DNA of 64,000 nucleotides from Eledone cirrhosa (Eukaryota). A model generated the notes under the pieces. The model searched no databases and was not told where the DNA came from. It saw only the letters and a program-made list of their open reading frames with translations. Below are positions 13,860 through 26,065 of this stretch, piece after piece; position 1 is the stretch's first letter; each line of letters begins with the position of its first letter. The stretch covers positions 139,934,001-139,998,000 of the forward strand of contig OZ024740.1 in the NCBI GenBank assembly GCA_964016885.1, read 5' to 3'. Both the position numbers and the translations under genes were made by a program.

Positions 13860-14235
13860 TGTGGACCGTCGCTAAACAATCAATTAGCGTTCACATGACT
13901 GGAATCAGTTATGGATTCTCCCATGAGATTCTCAAGGCGAACTTGAACGTGTGTTGCATTGCTCCAATGTTTACCACTGCCCACTCCCCCACTGACTCAT
14001 GACACTCGATCAAAAAGCAAAGGCGTCGTGACTTGTATCTCTCCGCTTGGGAATTAGCCGTGTTTCCCAAAACGAAATCGAAGATCAAGAGGCATCGCTC
14101 CGAGACAATAATGAAATTCAAACAGAATTGCCGGCAGCCTTCGGCGGCTTACAGGAAGAGGATTTCTGAGATGCATTTGAAGTGTTAACGTTCGCTATAA
14201 ACGTTCCCAATGGGACAATTTCAAAAGGGCTAATG
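13860..14235 (+). pseudogene. Degraded mariner transposase relic
   Basis: ISYGFSHEILKANLNV resembles mariner ISYGT..EIL..NL.MRR; FPKTKSKIKRHRSETI resembles FPKLK..LKGRRFETI; many stops and deletions. Confidence 0.55.
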
Positions 14236-14326
14236 TTCAAATATAAATAATATATGAAATATATTATTTAATAGAGTACAGGTGTACTTTTCGTCGGCTT
14301 CAGCAGGAAACTGTCTGATTATCATC

Positions 14327-14401
<75 letters not shown>

Positions 14402-14631
14402 GATAACATTTTTCTTCTTGACTTGTTTTGAATTAAGATTGATTTATTTACCCATATCTTACGTTAAATTTTTTCATCTTGGTGTTATTGTCACTTATAT
14501 GTCTGAATTACTGTCGGCTTCTTGCTTAGATTAATTTCTCTATTTTCATTTATATATATATATATATATATATATGTAAGTATGTATGTATACGTACATA
14601 CATATATGTATACAGACGTACAGTAGCATGC

Positions 14632-14686
<55 letters not shown>

Positions 14687-14759
14687 TATACATATATACA
14701 TACAGGTACACATACATATATGCACGCATCAGTTTAGCGGACGTTTATTACAACGTATA

Positions 14760-14828
<69 letters not shown>

Positions 14829-14829
14829 G

Positions 14830-15414
14830 CATGCTACTGTACGTCTGTATACATATATGTATGTACGTATACATACATACTTACATTTAAGTAAGTGCCA
14901 TACTAAGAGTGAGAAATGAAATTTCGTTTTCATTTTTTTCAACTTATCGTTTTCGGTATGCCTGACCGATTTAACTCACTCAATATGCAAATTAGGCTGC
15001 TCAGCCGTTAATTTTCATAAGGAAAGTACATACTTTCGAACGTTCAACTATCTGGCAGATGGGTAAACGGTGCTGATGATAGCTAACAAGCTTGAAACTA
15101 GTACATCGTTCCTGTGTCAGTGTTGAACAAAAAGGTGACGTGGTTGCCTTAACACCGTATGGCATAAATTCAGGCTGTTCGGTTTGTTGACAAACAAACG
15201 AACAAAGCGGTGTTGTCTACTAATTTCGCTATTGGAAGATTATTAACCCGTCATTGATTGTCCAAAATGCTAATTGGTTCGTAACTATTAATAACCGGTT
15301 TAACTGCTTTATGCACTTAATTGATAAGCTTATGCGTTTTCAAGCTACGTTTACCTGTTTGTAACTTTTCATAGCAAATGAACAAACCCTATCAACGCCG
15401 GGCTAAACTGCTAG
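14830..15414 (+). mobile_element. Non-autonomous Helitron-like element (family H2); 5' end unclear
   Basis: 3' hairpin CCCTATCAACGCCGGG followed by CTAG|T at 15411-15415; body homologous to 2260-2600. Confidence 0.6.
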
Positions 15415-15431
15415 TATCAAATATATCATTT

Positions 15432-15554
15432 CCCAGACAACTCGTTTCATTATAAGATTTCTACAAGTTGGGTGAAATTATACCAAGTTATGTAGAAGCT
15501 TGTATAAGATCAACAGATACTTATTCAAGTGGGCTCTTATAAATCTTCAGTGGG
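15432..15554 (-). ncRNA. Type I hammerhead ribozyme with long branched stem II
   Basis: Minus strand: CCCA-CTGAAGA-TTTATAAGA...TCTTATAAT-GAAA-CGAGTTG-TC-TGGG. Homologue at 30628-30753 shows compensatory stem changes. Confidence 0.72.
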
Positions 15555-15683
15555 TACCCAATAATATTAATATTGATAACCAAATCAACATCAATATCTA
15601 GCGATAATATATATATATATATTAGAAAGTGAGGTATTTTTTACAAAATGAAAAATAACCGAGGTGTCCTACACGTGTGAAAG

Positions 15684-15985
15684 TATAAGGACAAAAGATG
15701 AAATCGAAAATGCAACTAGAGTCTTTTTTTATAAAAAAATATATATTTTTTTGGTTCCTTTACCGGTTTCGCAGTTATTCCGCTTTTCAAAAGTAGGATT
15801 GAGATGGAGGGTCTGGTTTTTCTCACAGATGTGAGAAAAACCACAGACCCTCCATCTCAACTCTACTTTTGAAAATGAGAAGAACAGCGAAACTGGTAAA
15901 GGAACCAAATAAATATATATATTTTTTTATAAAAAAAGACTCCAGTTGGTTCAGTTGCATTTTCGATTTCATCTTTTTCCTTATA
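15684..15985. repeat. About 300-bp fold-back (inverted repeat) with a variant HHR-like motif in each arm
   Basis: Arms are reverse complements around CTCACAGATGTGAG. Left arm minus strand: CTT-TTGAAAA-GCGG/AATAA/CTGC-GAAA-CCGG-TA-AAG. Confidence 0.85.
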
Positions 15986-16108
15986 TATATATATAAAGGA
16001 TCGATCGACTTTCGTCAAATCGGACCGAAGAAACAATGTTTTCATCGGTCTTTCCCGTTGCTAATACTATCTATCGGTCGCAACTCCAGGTAGAAGGAGC
16101 AACGTGAA

Positions 16109-16156
<48 letters not shown>

Positions 16157-16158
<2 letters not shown>

Positions 16159-17875
16159 GATATTAAACAAATGGAAACTATATTTATAAAACCATATTTA
16201 TTTCGTTATATATATTTCTGGGATATCATATTAAAAATATGGTATGCCTTCCTCAGACAAAATACAATACATAAGCTGTTTTATAAATAATTAGTGACAT
16301 ACCTTGTAATAATGCAACTTCCATTTAAAAAGTTGATTTGGTAGTGAAACTGTTATGACAGTTATATAGAAAGAAAGATGAAGATGAGAAGAAGAAGATG
16401 AAGAGATGTATGTAAATAAAAAAAACGAAGAAGATGAAGAGATGTATGTAAAGAAAAACAAGGGAGCGAGATAGAGAGACAAGGAGATATGAGAAAGAGA
16501 AATACATTGAGGAGGTGAAAAAATATAGTAGGCTGCCTTTGAACAGATGATCATCGTATATGTGAGAGGTTAAGGGAAGGGATACAGTTAAACTAGTGTA
16601 TAGGAGAAAAAGAAAGAAAGATGATATATTTAAAATATATTAAAAATATATTTTATGTCTCATCCACTTGAATTATCAATTTTTATGAATTAGGTATTAT
16701 AATGTAAATATCAGTATTCATGAATGAGACACATATCCATAATGTGTGAAAAAATGACCACATGCTCAGTTTAAAAATTCTTAGGTCTATAAGCAAAATC
16801 TGAGACAAAACTTCAAACATAAGTATATATGCATTCTCGTGAAAAAAAAGAGAAAAGAGAAGGTTATCTCAAATTCAAGTTGATAAATATAGACGCACAT
16901 GTGAACCTACGTGATACGCTGCACAGATTCTTATATTTCATGAAAAACTTCAATGTGTTACAAAAGATTCCACCCCACATACATTTACATACATATATAC
17001 ATATATATAGACATAAAATATATAAGATATACATTAACATCTAAAATAACATTTCAGCCTCACTTGCATGATCATCGATCAAGCATAGAGTAGACAACAG
17101 ATATCAATATTAAAATTAAAAACGCCAAGAATATCTTCGTCACTCCACAGAGTATCTAGGGACGCAAGAGAACATAGTATGCCACGCATATCGGTCACAT
17201 AGAATCAGAATCAAAAGCAAACAAAACCAAAATTGTTCACCAAGCCTTATTTAGCAGAAATCATTCAAAACTTATTCTACAAATGCTCTTATATTTATTA
17301 TAGAAATTTATCCAGCTTAAAAATTTATTCAAAAGATTGGGAACAACGCCAATTTTAGGGTAGTTTATTTAATCTCATTAATTATATATTCATGCAGAAA
17401 GGTTTTAAAAAAATTGAAGGAATCGAAAGATTTATCGCCAAGTTTCATAAATAGTCAAATACCTTAAGTAAATATACTACATTTTATACTACATTTTAAA
17501 TTCATATTTATATTTAAATGTTGAGTTCAATCTATGTCTGCAACAGCTGAATAAATTGGTTCGTAAATTAAGGGAATTTTTAGATTTTAGTATAAAGAAT
17601 ATCTCCTCCGCGCAGAGGTCACATGTCTCAGAAGAGGAATTAAAAGGAATCCCTTTTGAGACTATATTCCAAACCATCGAATATCCAACTTTATCATGCT
17701 TAAGTTGCCAGAGTAACCCTGACAGCGATGTTGAGGATTTTTTATTTGGATCCGTGAAAGAATTTTTGTGATTATTATAGCGAAGTTTAAATTCTGTCGA
17801 GGTGGAACCAACATAATTAAAAGAATTTAAATCAGTTCTAACATTACAGTTGTATATTATATTTTTAACTAAGCA
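16157..17875 (-). mobile_element. 5'-truncated Penelope-like element (Naiad-like GIY-YIG end, long 3' UTR/pLTR)
   Basis: ORF 17489-17914: NIIY.C...YVGST...FK.RYNNH..SF...CDLC.EE...I....LN.R...SCCRH. (TA)n at both ends; HHR + AATAAA at the 3' end. Confidence 0.85.
16200..16263 (-). ncRNA. Minimal type I hammerhead ribozyme at the PLE 3' end
   Basis: ATTTTGT-CTGAGGA-stem II(AGGCATACCATAT/ATATGATATCCCA)-GAAA-TATATA-TA-ACGAAAT; 7-bp stem I, palindromic stem III, followed by AATAAA. Confidence 0.82.
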
Positions 17876-18105
17876 TATATATATATAAGTAAAATGTGTC
17901 ATTAATATACACAATAAGAAATATTGCTAACAATAACTATTTTAAAGAAGTATATACATATATAACATCTTACACAAAAATACAGAATGACTAACGGGCA
18001 GATCCCGGTAAAGTGATCAAGAATAAATTTTAAAAATTCACAAGCATCTTACCCTAGGGATAGAGTCTTAGTTAAGCAACCTAGAGCTAGAGGGCTCAGC
18101 AAAAA

Positions 18106-18200
18106 TCCCTTTACTGCAGTTTCATGAGCAAAGAACAGTACAGACTATCTCAATAGATTAAGTCGGTCAATACTGCCAGAGGATTCAATCATCAGAGGGA
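18106..18200 (-). ncRNA. Type I hammerhead ribozyme motif
   Basis: TCCCT-CTGATGA-long imperfect stem II (GCAGTA/TACTGT, GACT/AGTC)-GAAA-CTGCAG-TA-(A)AGGGA. Confidence 0.65.
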
Positions 18201-18492
18201 GTTCCGATTATTATTATTATTATAAGCAAAGGATATATTAACCTTTTGCTGAACCGCAAGTGTCACCATCAATCCACCGTGGTGTACAATACTGCACACA
18301 TGTGTAGATCGACCAACAGGATAAATATTTGTATATCACGAACTCAGTAACGAGTCTAAAATTGCCACTAGAAATAGCAGCCACCATAAACCGTCTATCA
18401 ACTCAACATGATTTTCGTATTTTAGATTACTCGTTGGTTATTCTGTATTGTTATGTAGGATGTTCTATATATATATATATATAAAGATTTAG

Positions 18493-18614
18493 GACCCCGA
18501 CGGCTGAGCTCTGGCCGTTTCGTCAACTAGATCATATTACACACTCTATTACCCCAAGTATCGAGTACTCTGGTGGGTTATGGTCCACCTGGTTTTTTTA
18601 CCACACCCTCCCTG
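18493..18614 (-). repeat. Half-hammerhead repeat family, copy 1
   Basis: Shares the TGTGGTAA..AACCAGGTG..CCATA leader and GAAACGGC..GAGCTCAGCCGTCGGGGTC with 20380-20573. Confidence 0.75.
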
Positions 18615-18627
18615 ATATATATATATC

Positions 18628-19192
18628 ATGGTATGGGGGAATCGGGTACAGAGATCAGTAATGGATTTTGTGGATCGCTTCAATTCTGTGCTGGATGTTC
18701 GTGTGAAGAGAGGGGCTGAGCTGTCGACTAATCACCATTTAGTTATCTGCACCATGAAACTACATAAAGTTAAGCGAGGCCACAAAAAGAACAGGTTTGC
18801 GGATACTATTGCATCCAAATTCAGAGAACTATCTGAACAAAGTGAGGACTTTGAAACGGGGTGGAGACTGCTCCTAATGTACATGAGGTGTATCTGGGAG
18901 CGATGACCAACCTCTCTGTGGCTGAGGTCACAAGAACATTTAAAGAGCTGAAGTGTGCTAAAGTCTCTGGAGAGGATAGAATTCGGCCCGAGATGTGAAA
19001 AACTCTTCAATAGAGAAAGTATTCTCTGGCTGACTTGTGTGTGCCAGGTGGCTTGGATATCTGGAAAAGCACCTAAGCAATGGCAATCGGAGGTGATAAT
19101 CACAATTTTCAAAGAGGGATACAAGAGTGATTGCTCAAATTATAGAGGGATCTCCTTGTTAAGCCGCTCTGTTGAAGTGTATGCTAAAATTT
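18628..19192 (+). pseudogene. RTE-clade (Rex3/Expander-like) LINE relic, internally deleted
   Basis: VLDVRVKRGAELSTNHHLV (end of APE domain) and WLTCVCQVAWISGKAPKQWQ...IFKEG...CSNYRGISLLS (start of RT). Confidence 0.8.
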
Positions 19193-19317
19193 CAGTTAGT
19201 ACATGTATGTGTCGTTCATTTAGAAACACGTGCGAATGTGTCCCTGCATAATACTACGCTATATGTGTTTGTGTGTGTTATTTTAAATATATATATACCC
19301 GGTCGTAACTCTTTAAA

Positions 19318-19458
<141 letters not shown>

Positions 19459-19811
19459 CATTTGCTATCTCTGTCATGCTGCTACAATAAGAAATTTGCT
19501 TTCCAATCCTGGATTCTAATTCTACAATTCTTCCTGTAAATAATTATTTCTCCAAAGCGACTTATACATTTAATCCTGTATGTCATTTGTACTTATATGC
19601 TGAACATTTATGTAATGATATCCCAGAAATCATTCTCATCTTTAATCATTTCTACGTGTCAGTGATCAACATATACGAAAGGGACTCTATAAATTTATCA
19701 AATCGGAATCTCCCAGTTTGTATATTGTTTATATATCCGGTAATCCTGGTATATATAACACCCACAATTAAATAGGTTCAATGCTATTGACGTCATCAAT
19801 GACGATACAGG

Positions 19812-19927
<116 letters not shown>

Positions 19928-20077
19928 TATATTTTGAGTTTATGTTGGTTGTATACCAACACCTCAGTGTGCAGACTGGAGCACTCGACGAAGTGCGCAG
20001 GTTGGTTTGGTTACTCCGGATTAATGTAAAATAAAGTTAAATAAAAAGTCAATGTTTAAAATTTAGCTTCGTTTATT

Positions 20078-20132
20078 ACTGCTATATATATTTCAGTGAC
20101 AGCCATCTTTGGCTGTGACCTCTTCAGGCAGT
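20078..20132 (-). ncRNA. Minimal type I hammerhead ribozyme
   Basis: ACTGC-CTGAAGA-GGTCACAGCCA/AAGA/TGGCTGTCACT-GAAA-TATATA-TA-GCAGT, then AATAAA. Confidence 0.88.
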
Positions 20133-20218
20133 CTGAATTAGTGTGGTATAGACAAGTACATATGTTGTTGTCTATATGTACTTGTACATATGTACTTGTC
20201 TATATCACACTAATTCAG

Positions 20219-20273
20219 ACTGTCTGAAGAGGTCACAGACAAAGATGGCTGTCACTGAAATATATATAGCAGT
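20219..20273 (+). ncRNA. Minimal type I hammerhead ribozyme (mirror copy)
   Basis: ACTGT-CTGAAGA-stem II-GAAA-TATATA-TA-GCAGT; predicted cleavage after 20268. Confidence 0.85.
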
Positions 20274-20318
20274 AATAAACGAAGCTAAATTTTAAACATT
20301 TGACTTTTTATTTAACTT

Positions 20319-20378
<60 letters not shown>

Positions 20379-20379
20379 C

Positions 20380-20573
20380 GAAGGAAATGTGGTAAGGAAC
20401 CAGGTGAACCATAGCGCACCAAAGTACTCAATACTTAGGGTAGTAGAGTGGGTAATAGGAACAAGTAAGACCCCGACGGCTGAGCTCAAGCCGTTTCGAC
20501 GGCTAATTCTGGACTCCAGAATTAGCCGTCGAAACGGCTTGAGCTCAGCCGTCGGGGTCTTACTTGTTCCTAT
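20380..20573 (+). repeat. Half-hammerhead repeat family, copy 2, with perfect 119-bp palindrome (20455-20573)
   Basis: Perfect arms around the single C at 20514; each arm has GAAA-CGGCT/TGAGCTC/AGCCG-TC-GGGG. Confidence 0.9.
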
Positions 20574-20859
20574 ATATATATATATATAGTAATAATAATA
20601 AATTTGAAGACTAAAATCCAAAGAGGGCTCGATAAGGATAAATATATATCAAATATATAAGAACCGTGGAGCAAATATTTATTAAAATAACAGATTAAAG
20701 TTTAAGCAAAGAATCGCTACTTTCACCCTTAACGGGATCTTCTGAAACTAACAAAGTCAATCTGTGAACGCAGAAGTGAATATTTCAAAAAAGTTGCAAC
20801 CGGAGGAAGACAGAAAGACGATACTTTGGTTCGTGGAAACGTTCCCTGGCAAAGTTCAA

Positions 20860-20939
20860 GTTTCGACGGCTATTTCTGGACTGAGTCCAGAAATAGCCGT
20901 CGACACGGCTTGAGCTCTGCCGTCGGGGTCATACATTTT

Positions 20940-20945
<6 letters not shown>
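20860..20945 (+). repeat. Half-hammerhead repeat family, copy 3
   Basis: Hairpin GACGGCTATTTCTGGACT-G-AGTCCAGAAATAGCCGTC, then GACACGGCTTGAGCTCTGCCGTCGGGGTC. Confidence 0.8.
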
Positions 20946-21012
<67 letters not shown>

Positions 21013-21200
21013 TTTCTGAATTTGTTTAGCAGCAAGATTCTTTATCTAAAAACGTGTGTTGAAACCGATATTGTTATACTTTGGGAGGGTCATGTTGCCA
21101 ATAAGAAACACACGCACCAGTTGCTTTCACTCCAATTTAAGAAATTTATAAATTTCCGGTTGGTTGGTTGGTTCCACAACCGGACGGTTGTTCATATATT

Positions 21201-21243
21201 GTCAAAGTTCTTTCGTCACACATTATGTGACGTCATCAGTGAT
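21201..21243 (-). ncRNA. Minimal HHR in the inverted 5' pLTR
   Basis: ATCA-CTGATGA-C-GTCACA/TAATG/TGTGAC-GAAA-GAAC-TT-TGAC. Confidence 0.72.
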
Positions 21244-22806
21244 CGGGGATTCTATTATTGCTATAAATACCAGAGTGTAATGTTCATCAATACAACTCAT
21301 AGAGGTGAACTAGCCTACAAATTTAGAAGGGCCCTAGATAAACTTAAACTAAATATTAAGATAGTGGAAAGACCAGATACCTCCATAAAACACTTATCAG
21401 TAATACATACCCTTTTCAAAGACCATACTTAAACTTAAAGAACAATTAGAAGACCCCTTAACCCTGATAATGTACTCCCGCTACGTTGATGATATAAACA
21501 TCGTAGTTTAAACACCCCCACTAGAGAACAGTCAGGAAGTAGAGAAAAACACAATGGAAAGCATCCAGCAAATAGCTAACTCCATCCACCAGAGCATTAG
21601 GGTTACTATAGACTACCCAAGCAAACACTCCAACCATCAATTACCTGTACTAGACACAGAGCTCTGGTTAGATACCATTAATAACAAAAAACAGATCCTC
21701 CATTCCCATTATGCCAAACCCATGACTTCCAAACATCTGATCCACCGAAACTCGGCCGTTTCGGACCATACCAAAATCAACATACTGATTGCGGATTTGG
21801 TACGGGTGATGAGAAACGTGTCCCGCATGTGCAACCCCGAAGAACTAGAGAGACACATACAACACTTCATCCACCGTATGCAGTTCTCTGGCTACAAGCA
21901 GAGAGATAAAATCAGAGTGTATAGAGGAGCCAGAACCAAATGGGAAAAAATGGTAAATAGTGACACAAATGGGACCTGCCGCTTGTATAGGAGCAAATTT
22001 TGGAATAGAATAGAAAGAACTAGGAATAAGGCTAATAGAATAAACTCATGGTATGATAGCAATAAATACCTGAGTGTAATGTTCATCGATACAACCCCTA
22101 GTGGTGAATTAGCTTATAAATTTAGAAGGGCCCTAGATAAACATAAACTCAATATTAAGATAGTAGAAAGACCAGGTACCTCCATAAAAACACTTATTAG
22201 CAAGACATACCCTTTTCAAAGACCCCCCTGTATAGATAAGAAATGTATAACCTGTAAGTTAAGCCCCCATATTAACTGTAAAACTAGAAATGTAGTATAT
22301 AGCATAAGATGTACTGAAGGACAATGTAGAGACAAAAATATAGTGTACATAGGTGAGACAGCTCGTAGTGTAGGGGAACGGATACATGAACACTGGCGAG
22401 ACCTTCAAGATAATAAAGAATCATCTGTACTCTACCAACATGCTAAAATAGAACATAAGGGTAAATTAGAAAACATAGAAATAAAAATATAATCTACACA
22501 CAGAAAATACGCAATGTTTAGACAAATCACAGAGGCAATAAACATAAAAGAATTACAACCAAAATTAAATAGAAAACATGAGTGGAACAGCAAAATCACA
22601 ACTTACAATTAAGGACAAAATGAAAACACACACGCACATAGAACAAACCTGTGACATGTAAATAAACAAATAAATAAACGAATATAAACACACACAGACA
22701 CCCGGATGTGGCGCATGTGCAGACTGAGCACACAACACACATACAGAAACAAGATGGCGTAGGACAGAACAAAGGAGAGGCACAAAAACAAAGAAAAGAA
22801 TCCCCA

Positions 22807-22849
22807 GTCACTGAAGAGGTCACAGAATGTGTGACGAAAGAACTTTGAC
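22807..22849 (+). ncRNA. Minimal HHR in the 3' pLTR
   Basis: GTCA-CTGAAGA-G-GTCACA/GAATG/TGTGAC-GAAA-GAAC-TT-TGAC. Confidence 0.75.
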
Positions 22850-23065
22850 AATATATAAACAACCATCTGGTTGTGGAACCAACCAACCAACCGGAAATTT
22901 ATAAATTCCTAAATTTATAAATTTATTATAATAAATTGAAGTGAAAGAAACTGGTGCGTGTGTGCGTGTGTTTCTTATTGGCAACATGACCCTCCCAAAG
23001 TATAACAATATCGGTTTCAACACACGTTTTCAGATAAAGAATCTTGCTAAACAAATTCAGAAACG

Positions 23066-23096
<31 letters not shown>

Positions 23097-23097
<1 letters not shown>

Positions 23098-23291
23098 AAT
23101 GCCAGGTCGCTCTCGAGTGCTGCTGGTAACATGTAACCCAGCACAACCTGTCCCATTGTCGGGTCGTCGGCGACTAAACCGGCAACCCCACCAAGCTTGC
23201 TTGGTGAGGAGGGTGATATTTGGACACCCTGCGGGATGAAATACAAGACCCGGCAAAGGGCGGAGAAACCCAGAAGAGTCAACGGCCATCC
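23097..23291 (+). mobile_element. GC-rich interspersed repeat, possibly a LINE 5' UTR
   Basis: AAACCGGCAACCCCACCAAG...GGTGAGGAGGGTG...GTCAACGGCCATC recurs inverted at 48478-48589. Confidence 0.6.
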
Positions 23292-23864
23292 AAATAGTAT
23301 TTATTTTTTATTTTTTTAGGGCTGTCGTATTTTCCGTGGCAAACATTTGCACCGAAGATATGTGTTGTCAGTTCCAAAAAATGTGGTTGGTCCTACACAA
23401 GCCTTCGCCACTTAAAACAAAACTTTCTGTGGGTAGTTCAACATCAGTTCACTTTCTCACAGTTAACTTTTATTGGACACTCATACGTCGGATATCGACG
23501 GGAGAGTCCATCATATATATAGTTAATAAATGAAACTAACTAACACAGGAGGCAATTTTTTAGTTATATTAGTGTCTGAGCCTGTGTCACTGTGTGTGTC
23601 TGTGTACGTGTGTGTGTGCCTGATTGTGCATGCGTGTGTGCGTGCATATGTGTGTGTTTGCCTGTGTACCGGTGAGGAGGGGCATTATATACCCCCTTCA
23701 TTGATTGTTAGATGAACATTAAACCAGTAATTGGTTTACAAACATGAGGCACATTATTACGTAAGTTTCCGGTCTGCCAACATTCACCCTCACCTGATTG
23801 AAAACAATACCTCTAGTGTTGTGTCGTGTGTCTATCTATATGCGTGACTGTGCTTAGTGTGTCA

Positions 23865-23948
<84 letters not shown>

Positions 23949-24429
23949 TGTGTGTGTGTGTGTGTGCGTGCGCGCGTGTGTGTATGTGTGTGTGTGTGTT
24001 TTGGTGTATATCTGGACGTGTGTGCGTCGTTATGTCTACGTATTTATCTGGCTGCTATTTAATCCCAGCTATTAAGTCAATTACTTCTTCACACTCACTG
24101 TTACGGTTGAATACTTGTTTATTCATCACCACCAACTCCATTACTACCAACACTACTACTACTATTACTACTACCAACACTACTATCATTACAGTATCAC
24201 CACCATCCTCATTACTGTTATCATCAACCGAAACAAGGAACTTCTATGAGCCGATGTGAGGGTTCCTACGTTTCCATTCGACCTGCTACTATAGCATCTG
24301 AGAAAATAAAATGCTGAGTTTAGTGTTCTGGTTCCTCTGTAGTCTATGGAAAAGATATGACTGGTGCCTCAGTATTTACTCTCACTAAGCTAGCCCTAGC
24401 TTTGGCATCAACTTCTCCCAATTATACCG

Positions 24430-24780
24430 TCCATTCTCACAAATAAAATAATTTAAACTTAGATTTTAGCAAACTGTCAAACCTAGTTTTAGATAATTCT
24501 TGCTCTGATTACACGAAGAAAATTACTAAGCCTGCATTTTCTACAACACAGTCCACACTCAACTATACCCTCTCCGCCGCTTTAAATATTTCCACAACAC
24601 TGCTACGTGGCAAAGATGTTTAGTTATTTATTGATCACAAGAAATTATTGTATATTTAATATACAAATATTATATATATAATATTCAAATGTGATCCTTT
24701 AAGGTTCAGTAGAGCACCTCCCTGAAGTCTACGCGCGAAGCGGCTGCCTAGTTGGCTTTAGCGGTGGCGCCGACCCTGAT
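24430..24780 (+). repeat. Second copy of the CRE-associated 3' UTR family
   Basis: Colinear similarity to 12585-12905. Confidence 0.65.
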
Positions 24781-25198
24781 AATGTATCAAGGTGAATTTC
24801 GTCCGCTTTTATCATTTCACTTGTAACAAAGAACAACGAACAATTTAAATGTCTATGCAATTAAGCTGAGGAGAGAAGGAAAGAAAGAGAAATTGATGCT
24901 TCGAACACTTGTCCTTCGTCAAAACAGGCAGATAAATAAACGAAAGAAATGGGAGGGAAAACACAATGTTGGGTTAGAGATACGATATTCTAGATTGGTG
25001 AACATGAAGACAGTATATTGGTAGAATCAGTAGAAGGCGGACTAAATACTTCATAGTGTTTATTTGATTTCGTTCAAATCCGACAAGGGACGACATTCCA
25101 TTTAGTTCTTCCATGTACTATCTAAAGCTCCCCACTTCCCTTTGAAATGAGTGAGACTACGTATCAATATTTAAAATTATTATTGTCCTTATTATTAA

Positions 25199-25388
25199 GG
25201 GGTGGTGGATTGGTAGTATCGGTAGAGGGTCAGACACCATGCTCTGAAGGACAGTTACGTCCCTTTACGAACTGCGTTCAAATCCCGCCGAGGTTAACTT
25301 TGCCTTTCATCCTTACGGGGTCGATAAAATAAAGTACCAGTAATGTACTGGGTATTTGCTGGCCTTGTGCCAAAAGTAGAAACAATTA
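25199..25388 (+). mobile_element. SINE family A with TSD
   Basis: TSD TTATTGTCCTTATTATT at about 25180 and 25386. Confidence 0.92.
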
Positions 25389-26065
25389 TTGTCCTTATTA
25401 TTGACGATGTGTTTGGAGGATAATGATGGTGACAACGACTATGGCAACGGCGGCGATGATGATGATAGTGATGATGATGAGGAGGAGGATAAATAAAATT
25501 TAAAACAAATAAAACAGCTATTGTCTCCAAAAGGATTTCTGCTTGGCTGCTGTTGTTGTGTAGTATTTAATGTTGCAGTCGCTATCGCTTTTTATTTTGT
25601 TTGATTTTTTATTTGTGTAACTTTGTGATGACGTCATTTTCATCTGAGACATTTCGGTGACGAAAAAAAAAAAAATAATAATAAAAGAGGGTATCAGTGA
25701 GAAAAAAATTCAAAACTCTAAAATGTCTTAATAGTTATTGAACAATAGCGGGAAGTTCCATACAATAGGGTGGGAGACAAGTGTGAAATCATCCATGACT
25801 TGAGCTGCCACGGAGAAGAGAAAAGATGAGATATATGGTAATAAGAATTAGTACAACGACAATAATGACAATAAAAAAAAAGTAGACAGAAATATGAGAG
25901 AAAGAAGACACACCACAATAAGTGATTTACTGAGCATCTCGCATGTTTTGCCTATGATACACACATTCTTAATCTCCCCTCCTCCCTGAGTTGTCTTTAT
26001 CTAGTTACTCATCTGTTTACAGTTGTAACGATAGACATACAGGCAGACAAACAGATAGATAGATA

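Larger units (their letters stand above)
20027..20325. repeat. About 300-bp inverted-repeat cassette carrying two divergent HHRs
   Basis: 20027-20165 is the near-perfect reverse complement of 20187-20325. Confidence 0.95.
21010..23066 (+). mobile_element. Penelope-like element (RT C-terminal half + GIY-YIG) with inverted pseudo-LTRs, inserted in (TA)n
   Basis: RYVDD at about 21479-21493, in frame with ORF 21554-22492 (LPVLD, YAKP, Cys-rich linker, NVVY...YIGET.R...R..EH). The frame continues past a stop (RQITEA.NI...P.LN) to 22612. 21010-21253 is an inverted copy of about 22797-23066. Confidence 0.92.

Noticed and set aside
20715-20750. CAGAAGA-TCCC/GGGT-GAAA on the minus strand as a hammerhead
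   Set aside because: Core mismatch and no convincing stem I or stem III.
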